Positions 1-11,955 of a stretch of 48,599 nt of DNA are shown here, piece by piece. A program made the position numbers and the translations under genes. This DNA is from Octopus bimaculoides (taxonomy: Eukaryota), in the NCBI RefSeq assembly GCF_001194135.2, contig NC_069001.1:36384091-36432689 (forward strand). Reading direction: 5' to 3'. Within the stretch, counting starts at the first letter, position 1, and each line of letters opens with the position of its first letter. The notes below the pieces were generated by a model, which saw nothing but the letters and a program-made list of their open reading frames with translations, had not been told where the DNA came from and ran no database searches.

Positions 1-1
1 T

Positions 2-1608
2 GAATCAAACAGTTCTAAGAAGAATTCGAAAATTACCAGTCTGATTCCGAAATCTGGTGCTAAATCTGGCAAACAGCCTTCTCCGGGTTCGCAGATACCT
101 CCACCATCAACTGGCATTCCAAAACCGAAAGGAAAAAGTAGCAAAGAAGAAAAAGTCAAAGTGCCATCAGCCGTGCGTGACCACAGCAAAGGAGGACACA
201 CACAACTACTGGCGCCTTCTTTATCGAACAGACAGTCTTCGAAAAGTTCCCGCCAGAATTTAAATATCCACCAACCTCCCCCACCACCACTACCAGATGA
301 AGGGCAACTATCTCAACAGTTGCTCAGTATACCAAGTGATAATGTTACAGCTAAAGACGGCTACGATTCCCATGTTTACCGAGACGGAGATCTACCCTGT
401 CTTGTAAATTCTCCGACGATCCGACAGGTAGCTGCAGTTCAAGGACAGAATATTCGTTGCCTCAGCCCCACAACCATGGTAGGCAAAACAGGTATCCCGG
501 GCAAATCCAACAGCCATTACGTAGAAGTGACTGTGCCTGCAGTTGGTTATGAGTCCGAACGAAGTAGTAGCCACAGACATCAACAGAGCCGGGACAAAGA
601 CTTGAGTAGTGCCGAACGTAGCGATGCTATCTCCCAAAGTGTAAATGTTGTCAAACCAACTCGTTCCCTTACACCAAATTCTTTCCCACCAGTGGCTAAA
701 GTCGATGGAAACACTCAGACCAATCTGTCTGCTCTACAGCGCCAGGCAATTAAAAAGCTGGACACTGTCAAGGAAAACAGCCTTGTTGGAGATGATAACC
801 AAAGTCAAGAGCATCATTCGAATAGTCATTGCCAAAACGAAGGTTATCCTTCACACGCAAACAACTACGAGGAGTTAATAGCAGCCGAAAAACCAACTCC
901 GAGTTCTACCAATTCTCCTCGTCTTGGAGTCAAAATTCTTAGTTCACAGCTCGCGAAACCAGCGAATAATGTGGCGATTGTTCAACCGAGACATGGCGAA
1001 AAGATCGAGACCACATTTGACACAGAGGTGCGAACTGAGACTGTTTCTAAATCTGGTAAAGAGACTCTGATCTTGGAGAAAGACAATAAGGAGACTACAT
1101 TTATCGATGATGCTGGGGAGACGATGGATATCAAACCTATGCCCCCGATCATGAGAGCCATGCCGTATGGCTACTTCAGGGGTTATGTTGGTACATCGTC
1201 AAACAAAAACTTTCATATCCCGGGAATATCCGTACCGACTTCTCTGTACGCCGGAGGTGGCAGCGGCGGTGGTGGGAGTGGGTCGAGTCGGCTCAGTATG
1301 AACCGGTCGTACATGGACCAAGGGGGTTACTACAGCTCCGGTTCCATTAAGAGAGCGATGTCATCGGGGGGTCAAAGCGCTCTAGAAAGCGACTACGCAT
1401 CCGATTTGGATACCTACGACTATATATCCGGCTACGTATCCGACGGAGATATACTGAGAAGCCAACGATGTGACGATATGGGTAGTGGATATTTAAGCGA
1501 AGGAGGTGCATCACTGTACGCTCGTCGGTTACAACAGCGATTCCGTGAAGGAATGCAAGCAGTTAAAGAATGCATGCAGAAAAGTAGCGGAATTTTGGAT
1601 TACGACAG
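2..1608 (+). CDS. NAV2: Neuron navigator family (NAV2/NAV3, unc-53, sickie homologue); large internal coding exon, 5' part outside window
   Basis: Frame is open from base 2 (ESNSSKKNSKITSLIPKSG...), extending the 161..1612 ORF. Motifs I recognise from vertebrate navigators: KKNSKITSLIPKSG (cf. KKSSKIASFIPKGG), IETTFDTEVRTE (cf. LETTFDTNVTTE), and SGYVSDGDIL...DDMGSGYLSEGGASLYARRL...FREGMQAVKECMQK (cf. SGYMSDGDVL...DDITSGYMTDGGLGLYTRRL...PDGMAVVRETLQR). Ends at GAC AG|GTAAAA. The symbol is nominal; invertebrates typically have one co-orthologue of NAV1/2/3. Confidence 0.92.
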
Positions 1609-1614
1609 GTAAAA
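1607..1614 (+). promoter_or_regulatory. 5' splice donor of navigator exon (AG|GTAAAA), phase 2
   Basis: Homology stops at ...DYD-AG. GT is at 1609-1610 and composition switches abruptly to T-rich non-coding sequence. The vertebrate protein continues D-S-W-D-D-S-S-S, consistent with AG+Y = Ser. Confidence 0.85.
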
Positions 1615-1764
1615 AACTTACTAAAATATTTCTCTTTCTTTCTCTTTTTAGGATTTCTTTGTTTTCAAGCATTTTCTCTCAAGACAATGGTTCTCTGTTC
1701 TCTTTTATTAAATTTTTTACATTTTTATTTTATATGTATATTTTTATTTATTTTTTTTGTTGTT

Positions 1765-1765
<1 letters not shown>

Positions 1766-1817
<52 letters not shown>
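1766..1817 (+). repeat. Poly-T tract (52 nt) within T-rich intron start
   Basis: Uninterrupted T run read directly. Confidence 0.95.
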
Positions 1818-1818
<1 letters not shown>

Positions 1819-3270
1819 GTAATAATTTACTTTCCTTGTGACAAAATTTTTATCTATAAAGAGTAGAAGGAAAGAAGGGATTTGCAATATTTTCTGTTTG
1901 CTTTTCGATAAAATTTCTGATTTTTAAAGATTTGAAAGGAAAGGAAAAATATTGTTATTTTGTCTGTATTTTTTTTTCATTTTATTTATTATTTTTTTTT
2001 TTTCCATTCTCTCCCTTTTTCTCCTGATTTATATTTATATGTCCTCTTCGACGCAATTGCAGAAACTATTTTCATTTAAAGTCGCTTAGCCCTTTGGAGA
2101 TGAAAACTAGGGAGTCTTGAATGTTGAACAAAGGGGTGCCATTTTTATGGGATAGAGTAAAAAAAAAAAGAGAAAGAAAAGAAAAGAATAAATATGTTTG
2201 TTATTCTTTTGAGATTTTGTCAAAAAAACATTAACATTTTGACCAAAAAATGAGCATGTATGCATTTTAGATACGTAAACACAGACAGATAGACTGACCA
2301 ATGAACAGATATTGAAGCCAATCTCACCACTATTAAGTACAATATCGATTTCTCTGTCCAGCACTTGTCTGAGGATCCCCAACTTAGGATGAAACTAATG
2401 GCCATTGTGAAACAGTCAACCTTCCAATCTCCATAATGCATCTTCAGTCTACACATGTATTGAGTCGTTTCTTTCTTAGAAATAATATCACATTGTATGT
2501 ATTGTATGTATGTATGTATGTATGCATGTATGTGTGTGTATATATGTGTGTGGGTGTGTGTGCATGTATGTGTGTATTCTAGATTAATATGTAACAAGTC
2601 CAAAATGATTACAGAGACTATGCACTAAATAGATCATTAAAGGTAAAACAATTCAATGTCATTCGTGTGTGTGTGTGTGTGTGTATCATGCTTTCACATC
2701 CTTCACTCAGTTGAGAAGGTCTTGTGATATATATATATATATATATATGTATACATATGTGTGTGTGAAGTGTTTTTCCTCCTAGTTCAGAAAATCTTGG
2801 TTTGATAGGTCAGCCTCATTCATCTGAGAAAGTCTGAAAACACTGAATCTACAATTGCTGGCTGCTAGAGATTTATAAACTCACTGACCTTTTTAGGGGT
2901 TGTTTTTTACACCCCCCCCCCCCCTCTAATATTATCTTGAAAACCTGGACAATTGAATAATGATGAATAATATAAATAATGTCAAAGTTTCTTATCAAGT
3001 CATTCTTTATAACATCTCCCCAACCACCACTGCCACTCCACCCCAAGTTTTGTGGCCCTTCTATGGGTTTTCTATGAGAACCACTGACCCTTGCCTTTTA
3101 CCTCGCTTTTTTCTGCTGAATGAAATAAAAGTTTTGCACACTTTATTACTGGAAGAGCCAAGTTAAAGGTTGAGGTCATCTCAAGTGGATTTTAGTATGA
3201 GAGGGTGACATTTGGTTATTCATCTGTTTATTCTGAGAGATTCTTTGCAATAACCAGAGATACATACGTA

Positions 3271-3546
3271 CTTCTAACAGCCACACATACATGCGCACTC
3301 ACACATACACACACATCTAATAGCCACAGGTACACACACACACACACACACACATACTCACACATGCACTCTTCTAAAAAAAAATCACACACACATTTCT
3401 AATGCCCAAATATACACACTTCTAAAAGCCACACATAAACACATTCACACACACACATTTCTAATGCCCAGATATACACACTTCTAAAAGCCACACATAC
3501 ACACATTCCTACAAATCAGTCATGCACACACACACACTTCTAAAAG
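3271..3546. repeat. CA-rich minisatellite, ~62-bp unit (two near-perfect copies plus degenerate ones)
   Basis: ATTTCTAATGCCC at 3395 and 3457; recurrent CTTCTAAAAGCCACACA motif. Confidence 0.85.
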
Positions 3547-3901
3547 GGTGGTGGCTGAGTGGATGGATGGATGGGTGGATTTCATTTATCTCCCAACTAA
3601 ATTTAAATAAAGACGAAAGACAAGAAGATAATAATGTAATCAAGTTGAAATATTGTGATTCTATTTATAGTTTCAGGATTAATCTCCATTTAATCCCTCT
3701 GATGCCATCTTCCTTGAAACTGTCCCAGATTTCATTATTTAAAGTAATCTAAATTAAAACCTTCTTCCATCATTCATGCTAATTTATGTTAATTTATGTT
3801 CCAAACATAAATTACATATTTTAATAAATTATTTAAGGGCAGTATATTTCAACAGAAACATGGTAACAAATAGCTTAAGCCCTTATGCACTCAGCAGGTT
3901 A

Positions 3902-4172
3902 TGCTAGGTTATGAGGATGCAAACAAACCAACACCGTTGTCAAGTGGTAGTGGTGGTAGACAAAAAAGAAAGCGTCAGACACACACATATATCACACCCA
4001 TATACATTTATACACACACAGTCGTATGACTGGCTTCTACACAGTTTTCATTTGCCAAATTCAACCCAGGGCTTATAGTAGAAGACACTTGCCCAAGGTG
4101 CCACACATCAGGACTGAACCCAAAACCAGGTGGTCGGAGAGCAGGCGTCTTAACCATACAGCCATACCTGCA
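3902..4172 (-). mobile_element. tRNA-derived SINE family A (head plus part of body)
   Basis: Reverse complement of the GGCACCTTGGGCAAGTGTCTTCTACTATAG core, plus a B-box-like GGGTTCAGTCC. Confidence 0.85.
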
Positions 4173-5059
4173 TCAATGCTTCTATCAATATTTAAAACTA
4201 TTTTCTAAATTTTTCTGTTCGTTCTAGAAATTGTTCAGGAAAAGAAAAGGAAGTGCTTGTGGTTGTTACTGGGCACTCCTAGTTCTGTAAAGTTGATGTG
4301 GTTGATGTCCTGTCGGATGTCCTGAGGGTTAATGGCCACACAAGAAATGCGGTCAGTTGACAGGGAGGCAGGCTGGACCGTGGATCACCTTCAAATGCTT
4401 GCTTTGCAGGTACTTCCATTAAAAGTACTCAACAACCCAGGCTGGTGTTAGATAGAATGTCCGCATACGTGTGTGTGTGTGTATTAGGCCTGCCTCTAAT
4501 TCCCAAAATGTCTGGCTTCGCTCTCAGAACTTGTCTTTCTTTTTTTTTGTTTCTTTAGTATATCTCAGTTTTTGCTCTCCTCCTCTGTCTCCTTTCTTCT
4601 TCTCCTTCCCCGTCCTCATCATCATCAATCCACTGCTGAACCTGCTGCTGCTGTTGAGGAATGGTAGAACCTATTTCACTCTTCTACCAAATCATCTTCA
4701 ATAAATGAGATTTGACCTTGAATTCCAGAATTTCTTCTTCAATTTCCCAAAATTCTAATTTTCCTTTTTTTTCTTTTTGTTAATAACCAGTTCTTAGAAC
4801 TCATTGTATTTACGTTTTGGGATAAAAGCATCAAGAAAATACAGGACATAACCTCAATTAATTGATAATTATAATTTTAAAAAATGAGTTACTTAAATTT
4901 CTTTCATTAGCTTATGGCTGTTTCTGCTATAGGTAATTGTGTATACAGAACTGAGTGCTTGTGCAATGGCCAATAGCTTTTTTGAAGCTCTTTTATATAC
5001 ACATATAAATGAATTCATATATATGTGTGTGTATTTATGCGTGTGTGTGTGTGTGTGTA

Positions 5060-5222
5060 AGCACAAGCATGGTTGTGTGGTGAGAAGCTTGCTTCCCAAC
5101 CACATAGTTCCAGGTTCAGTCCCACTGTGTGGCACCTTGGGCAAGTGTCTTCTACTATAGCTTCAAGCTGACCAAAGCCTTATGAGTAGATTTGGTAGAA
5201 GGAAACTGAAAGACGCCCATCA
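5060..5222 (+). mobile_element. SINE family A, 5' half
   Basis: GGTTGTGTGGTGAGAAGCTTGCTTCCCAACCACATAGTTCCAGGTTCAGTCCCACTGTGTGGCACCTTGGGCAAGTGTCTTCTACTATAG...GAAACTGAAAG. Confidence 0.9.
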
Positions 5223-5924
5223 TGTGTGTATGTATGTGTGTTACATTCATACATATATATATATATTTCCTAAGTTTAATTTTCTTTTTCTCCATACACA
5301 TCCCTCATCTTAATAATCCACCCATTCATCCATCCATCCACCCACTCACTCGTCTTTCTATCCACCCATCCACCCATGCATCTACCTACCCACCCATCCA
5401 CCCATCTATCTCTCTGTCCTCCTCTTGTCATCTTATTCTTCGAGATTTACTCTAATCTCCTCTAAGCTGATTGTGTTTTTCATTACCACCACCACCACCA
5501 CCACCACCACNNNNNNNNNNNNNNNNNNNNNNNNNNNNNNNNNNNNNNNNNNNNNNNNNNNNNNNNNNNNNNNNNNNNNNNNNNNNNNNNNNNNNNNNNN
5601 NNNNNNNNNNNNNNNNNNNNNNNNNNNNNNNNNNNNNNNNNNNNNNNNNNNNNNNNNNNNNNNNNNNNNNNNNNNNNNNNNNNAAAAAAAAAAAAATAAC
5701 AATCCAAAAATATGGCCATTCTAACAAAACACTAAAGATTTTTAAGTACATCTTCAGAAAACAGTTATATTTAGATCTGTCTCCACACCCTTCCACCCCG
5801 CCCCCTCCCCTGTTTTTTTTATGGTTTTTTTTGTTTTAATATTGAAACAATAGTATTTACACTTTGTTAGTACCGTCCCTATTGTAATTATGACTACCAC
5901 CATGACTGTTATGAGCAAACTCCC

Positions 5925-6070
5925 ATGGTAAGTACCTTGCTTCCCAACCACATGGTTCCGGGTTCAGTCCCACTCTGTGGCACCTTGGGCAAGTGTCTTC
6001 TGCTATAGCCTTGGGACAATCAAAGCCTTGTGAGTGGATTTGATAGACGGAAACTAAAAGAAGCTTGTCA
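5925..6070 (+). mobile_element. SINE family A, 5' half
   Basis: Same head and core as 5060-5222. Confidence 0.9.
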
Positions 6071-7434
6071 TATATATATATATAATGTGTGTTTGACAAT
6101 CATTTTACAACTATCAGGTGATGTCAAGACAGGCAGACATCTGCCTCACACACACATACATACATGTATGTGTGTGTGTATGTATGTATTTAGGCAAATT
6201 AAAAATTAAAAATAATAAAACAACCAAAGTCAAGAGGATGTATAAATGGAATGTATAAGATAGAAGAAAGAGTGGGTGTATAATGTTTTGAGCATGGCTC
6301 TTCATTAGAAAAAGGAGGAAGGAAAGGTCTGGAGAAGTTTAAAAAAAGTCCACGAGAAGCACATGTGGTTACATGGCTGAAATATATATATATATATAGT
6401 TTATATCCAGTTAAGAGAAGAAAAGAAAATGGAGATAAGGAAGTTAACAATTATTTATTATTAACAATTTTGACTTAAACATGTTCTGGTGTGTATTTAT
6501 GTACGCAGAAGAGCCTGCATCCATTCACGTTTGTGTGTATATACATGTTTCTGTGTATACATACATGTTTATGTGCACATGTGTATGTATACATGTTTAT
6601 GTGTATATATGTTTGCGTACATATTTTTGCGTATATTTGTGTGTGCATGTGTTTGTGCATATATCCGCTTGTGTATTTGTATGTGTTGTATATGTTTGTG
6701 CATATATGTTTGTGTACATTTGGGTATGTATATATGTTTGCATACATTTGTGTGTGTGTGTGTATATGTATGTATGTATGTATGTGTGTGTGTATGTGAG
6801 TTTAACAAAAACATTCCACTGGGTAATGAACAAAAATATCTTTAATTAAAAATTTACATTATTTAAATGAAACAGAAGATGTTTGTTGTGAAACATCTAC
6901 ACCCCCACCCCGGGCCTGATCATGTTTCAGTGTTTCTCAAAAACAACATTTCCAGTTCTGGACATCATTTGTTGAGGTTTTTTTTTTAATTTCTTTTAAT
7001 TAATTATTTACCCATTTTCTTCATTTATTTCTTCATTTATTTCTGGTGTGTTCTTCGGTTCCAGTCCTCAAAGATGAGGCATCAATCTTTGTTAATTCCA
7101 CCTCTTCTGCAATCATGATTTCCAAATCATAGATTTACACTAGCTTACATCATTATCAGCATTGACAGCAACAACATCATCATCATCATCATCATGATCA
7201 GCTGATTAACAGCAGCAGCAGCCACTGAGGGTGCCTCTGTCAGGTTGCCACTGCCTTAGAAATAGCAGTTACATCTGCCTCAAATCATACCTTTTAGTCT
7301 TTATTTGTTCATATGCAGATAATCATTATTGTTGTCAACATCATCATCATCATTGTCTTCATCATCATCATTGTCATCTTTATCATCATCATCGTTGTTA
7401 TCATCATCATCATCTTCATCATCATCATTGTCAT

Positions 7435-7845
7435 CGTCATCGTCGTTTTAAGATCCACTTTTCCATGCTGGTATGGGTTTGCTTGAATTTGTTGAGGCAG
7501 ATTTTTTTTCTATAGCTGGATGCCCTTCCTGTCAACAACCCTCACCTGTTTCCAAGTAAACTCATATTTCCTTATGACCAGATGACCAGACACGTATTCG
7601 TGGGAGATTGGAAACAAAGGTCACCGCTTGTATGAGGGTGACACTCGTTTACAACTATTACACAAAATCAAAACTAGCAGACACAAATACATACACTCCC
7701 CCCACACACACACACACATATAAATATACATGATAGGCTTTTTTCAGTTTCCATCTGCGAAATCTACTCCCAAGGCATTGGTCATCCTGAAACTACAGTA
7801 GGTGTGATGTGGGATCGAACCTAAAACCACATGCTTCGGGAAGCA
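7435..7845 (-). mobile_element. Composite SINE: family A head + alternative body + family C (RTE-like) tail ending in (GAT)n
   Basis: A-type head at ~7731-7845; body at ~7560-7680 matches 46140-46250 in the opposite orientation; tail motifs TTCCATGCTGG and GCTGGATGCCCTTCCT. Confidence 0.7.
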
Positions 7846-7861
7846 TCTGTATATCTGCTTT

Positions 7862-7965
7862 TTATCTCTTATCTTTTGCTTGTTTCAGTCATTAGACTGC
7901 GGCCATGCTGGGGCACTGCCTTGAAGAATTTTTTAGTTGAATGACTCGACCACCAAGACTTATTT
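7862..7965 (-). mobile_element. SINE family A, 3' end
   Basis: TTGTTTCAGTCATTAGACTGCGGCCATGCTGGGGCAC is the reverse complement of the family A tail. Confidence 0.85.
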
Positions 7966-8506
7966 TTTTTTCAATCCCATAACATCAGTTGGTCTCAATT
8001 TAGTTGCGTTTTGTACTTGCTTTGAATCAGATGATGAAAATATTTGCTGCAGTTTTGTACCTTTTTGTGTACCGGTTGACATAAATATCCACTGTCACTC
8101 ACGGAATGGATAATAGAGGCCACTGTTCAAATTCCAAAGAATTTGATAGGGTTTGTTAGATTCTTCATGTGAACATTTCCAACTCAGTTTGAGAGTCAAT
8201 CACCAAAGCAGCAGTTTTGGCAGTTACACCACCATTTCCACCATGACTTCCTATTAAATTCCTATACATTCAGCAAATTCTTTTGGCCCTTCACGGAATT
8301 TACAGTCGCATCCAGCCACGCCAGTTTCATTGAATTTATGGTCCTCGCAGTGGTGGCAGTTTACATAAATAAACGGTGCTTGCTTTAAAAGCGGTTGACA
8401 TAAATATAGGCCAAACCGTTGTCATGTGCTAATTGCTGATCTCAGCCAAGAGGATTACTGTCAGTGCAACCTAGTTGCCTGATAAAAAAACCGTTGTCAT
8501 GGAGTT

Positions 8507-8740
8507 AAGCCTGATACTTATTTTATTGGTCCCTGTTGCTGAACTGCTAAGTTATTGGGATGTAAACACACCAACACCGCTTGTCAAATGGTGGTGGGAG
8601 ACAGACACACACACACACGCGCACATGTGTGCAATGAGCTTCTTTCGGTTTCCGTCAATCAAATCTACTCAGAAAGCTTTGATAAGCCCGAGGCTACAGC
8701 AGAAGACATTTGCTCAAGATGTCACACAATGGAACTATAT
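8507..8740 (-). mobile_element. SINE family A, internal part
   Basis: Matches the family A body, (CA)n and core as in 20551-20822. Confidence 0.85.
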
Positions 8741-8963
8741 CCAGCCCAAATATTCCACCTATTTTATATTGAAACTGGCCAGCTACGGCTACTTACACTA
8801 ACTTACTTATGTCATCTTCAAAATAAACAATCACATAAATCAAAATCTCAGTTATGAGATAATTCCTGATTAATTCCAAACGATGTGAATGAATAAGCAT
8901 TACATTTGACAGAGGAATCTTGAATGCTGAAGGGTAGAGTAAATTGAATGCTTTTTACATTTT

Positions 8964-9285
8964 ACTGGCCACATGCTGGTGCCACTTAAAATGCACCCAG
9001 TCCACACTGTAAAGTGGTTGGCCTTTGGAAGGGCAACCAGCTGTAAAAACCTTGCCAAAAACTGACCTCGCCTTTGCTTGTGCCACCTAAAAAGCTCAGT
9101 TCACTCTGCTGGGGGAATCGTTGGTTGGTTGGTTGGTTGGTATTAGGAAGGGCATCCAGCCATAAAAACTGTGCCAAAACAGACACAGAAGTCTGGTGCA
9201 GGCTCCTGCCTGGCCGGCTCCTGTCAAACCAACTAACCCATGCCAGGTGGACATTAAACGATGTTGATGATGATGATGATGATGA
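8964..9285 (+). mobile_element. Family C retroposon 3' fragments (RTE-like tail, two partial copies)
   Basis: AGGAAGGGCATCCAGCC...AACCCATGCCAG...GGACATTAAACGATG(GAT)n. GGAAGGGCATCC resembles, from memory, the 3' UTR of RTE-clade (Rex3-like) LINEs. Confidence 0.75.
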
Positions 9286-9639
9286 CGAGGAGGTGGAGGA
9301 TTTGGCCGGACTATTCTACTTGTTTTCTGTTCAAATTTGCCAGATCCAGCCTCTCACACTGACCCTACAACATCATTCTAAAAATAAGCCATCACATCAT
9401 GGAAAATCTCAAGGCTAAGGGATGAGGAATGATTAATTCAAAGCAATTTGAATAAATAATCCTTACATTTCACAGAATAATCTGAATTCTAAATGGTTAA
9501 TAGCAGAGAATATGTTGCCAACGGTCTGTTTCTGAGTCATGAGGAGTGGCATTTCCTTGCCTCTTAAACCATCAACTCTCAAATGTCTTCAGTTGTTGTT
9601 TGACCAGTTTTGTTTCATGCAACTCCCCAACCCTGCCAC

Positions 9640-10480
9640 CACCATCACCACCGCCTTCACCACTGATACCGTCATTAACATCTTCTGCCCATCACGTACT
9701 CTCTTGCTCGCTCTCTCTCTCTCTCTCTCCAACATCCACTTCACACAACCACTGTCACAGCCACCACCACTACCACCACCACCTCACAACCACCACCATT
9801 ACCACCACTACCATCACCACCATCACCACCACCACCACCATCACCACCACCACTATCTCTACCACTTCGCCACTATTACCACCACCGTCAGCACCTCCAC
9901 CACTACCGTCACCAACAACTTCCTCTCATCACACCACTATCCACTACTGCAACGAAACTCGGCATCACCACCACCACCACTACCCCCATCTCAATACCAA
10001 CAACAACACGACCATCTTCCCCTCATACCCAAACACACTCTCACACACACCAGTACCATCGCCACCATCTTCCCCTTATCATTATCACCAACCACTACAG
10101 CAATCAAACTCTAACATCGCCACCACCACGATCCTCTTCAAACCTCTTCATACAATCACCATCACAAGTGCCGCCACCACCACCACCACTACCGCCGTCC
10201 CCACTACCACCATCACCACCACCACTACCTCCATCCCCACTACGGTCACCTCAATCACCAAGACTACCACTGTCCCCTTTGCACAATTACCGTCCCAACC
10301 ACCACCACCACCATCGTCATCATATTGTCACCACACTTCCTACTATCGCTAGCCTCTCACTACCACCTCCGCCAACAACAACACCAACAACATCAACATT
10401 AGCTCCACCACCATCACCACGGTCACTAGCCTTCACACAAAAAAAATCTACCAACTACCATCATCACCATCACCATCACT
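9640..10480. repeat. Degenerate (CAC/CAT)n low-complexity tract
   Basis: About 840 bp of CCA/CAC/CAT triplet variants; produces spurious His/Thr/Pro ORFs in all three + frames. Confidence 0.9.
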
Positions 10481-11917
10481 CTATTTTTAAATCCCATTAA
10501 TTAATTAAAATATTCTTCAGAAATACCAATTTTTTGTCTTAAAAACATTATTTTTTTTTGTTAAGTGTAAGGGAGGTAACTCCTACGATCCTATTGTCCT
10601 CTCTTGTCTTTCAGCATTTTTTTCCCTTTTTCGACGAGATTTTTGAGTCTTTTTCTATTTTTTTCTTGTATATTAATGGAACCAAAACATCAAATTAAAA
10701 AAAAAAATTAAGATATTTTATTTTTAAATATTTATATTGTAAATATACNNNNNNNNNNNNNNNNNNNNNNNNNNNNNNNNNNNNNNNNNNNNNNNNNNNN
10801 NNNNNNNNNNNNNNNNNNNNNNNNNNNNNNNNNNNNNNNNNNNNNNNNNNNNNNNNNNNNNNNNNNNNNNNNNNNNNNNNNNNNNNNNNNNNNNNNNNNN
10901 NNNNNNNNNNNNNNNNNNNNNNNNNNNNNNNNNNNNNNNNNNNNNNNNNNNNNNNNNNNNNNNNNNNNNNNNNNNNNNNNNNNNNNNNNNNNNNNNNNNN
11001 NNNNNNNNNNNNNNNNNNNNNNNNNNNNNNNNNNNNNNNNNNNNNNNNNNNNNNNNNNNNNNNNNNNNNNNNNNNNNNNNNNNNNNNNNNNNNNNNNNNN
11101 NNNNNNNNNNNNNNNNNNNNNNNNNNNNNNNNNNNNNNNNNNNNNNNNNNNNNNNNNNNNNNNNNNNNNNNNNNNNNNNNNNNNNNNNNNNNNNNNNNNN
11201 NNNNNNNNNNNNNNNNNNNNNNNNNNNNNNNNNNNNNNNNNNNNNNNNNNNNNNNNNNNNNNNNNNNNNNNNNNNNNNNNNNNNNNNNNNNNNNNNNNNN
11301 NNNNNNNNNNNNNNNNNNNNNNNNNNNNNNNNNNNNNNNNNNNNNNNNNNNNNNNNNNNNNNNNNNNNNNNNNNNNNNNNNNNNNNNNNNNNNNNNNNNN
11401 NNNNNNNNNNNNNNNNNNNNNNNNNNNNNNNNNNNNNNNNNNNNNNNNNNNNNNNNNNNNNNNNNNNNNNNNNNNNNNNNNNNNNNNNNNNNNNNNNNNN
11501 NNNNNNNNNNNNNNNNNNNNNNNNNNNNNNNNNNNNNNNNNNNNNNNNNNNNNNNNNNNNNNNNNNNNNNNNNNNNNNNNNNNNNNNNNNNNNNNNNNNN
11601 NNNNNNNNNNNNNNCACACACATACATATATATACATATATGTATGTGTGTAATGTATCTCTGTGTGTATAATTGTGTCATTACTTGGAATAGCATTTAT
11701 ATCTGTATGTATGTATGTACGTACATGTAAGTCTTTGCTTGTAAAATGGTAAGGGTGTGTGTGTGTAAGTCCTTGTAAGATTGGGTGAGTGTGTATCTGT
11801 GTACGTGTTTATAGATCTGTGTATGAATATGTATGTCTGTACGATTAAGTACATGCTTATACATCTCTGGCTATGTGTGTGTGTTTATGTGTTTGTCCAA
11901 GTGTGAATATATATTCC

Positions 11918-11955
<38 letters not shown>

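Noticed and set aside
57-878. ORFs 57..263, 392..637 and 645..878
   Set aside because: Alternative-frame or antisense shadows of the navigator exon, with no independent protein features.
2107-2603. Minus-strand ORFs 2107..2382 and 2220..2603
   Set aside because: Short, partly built from (TG)/(TA) repeats, and no recognisable domain.
9539-10500. His/Thr/Pro-rich ORFs of 110-268 aa (mucin/extensin-like)
   Set aside because: All three frames are open because the (CAC)n tract lacks stop codons; no splice context or conserved motif.
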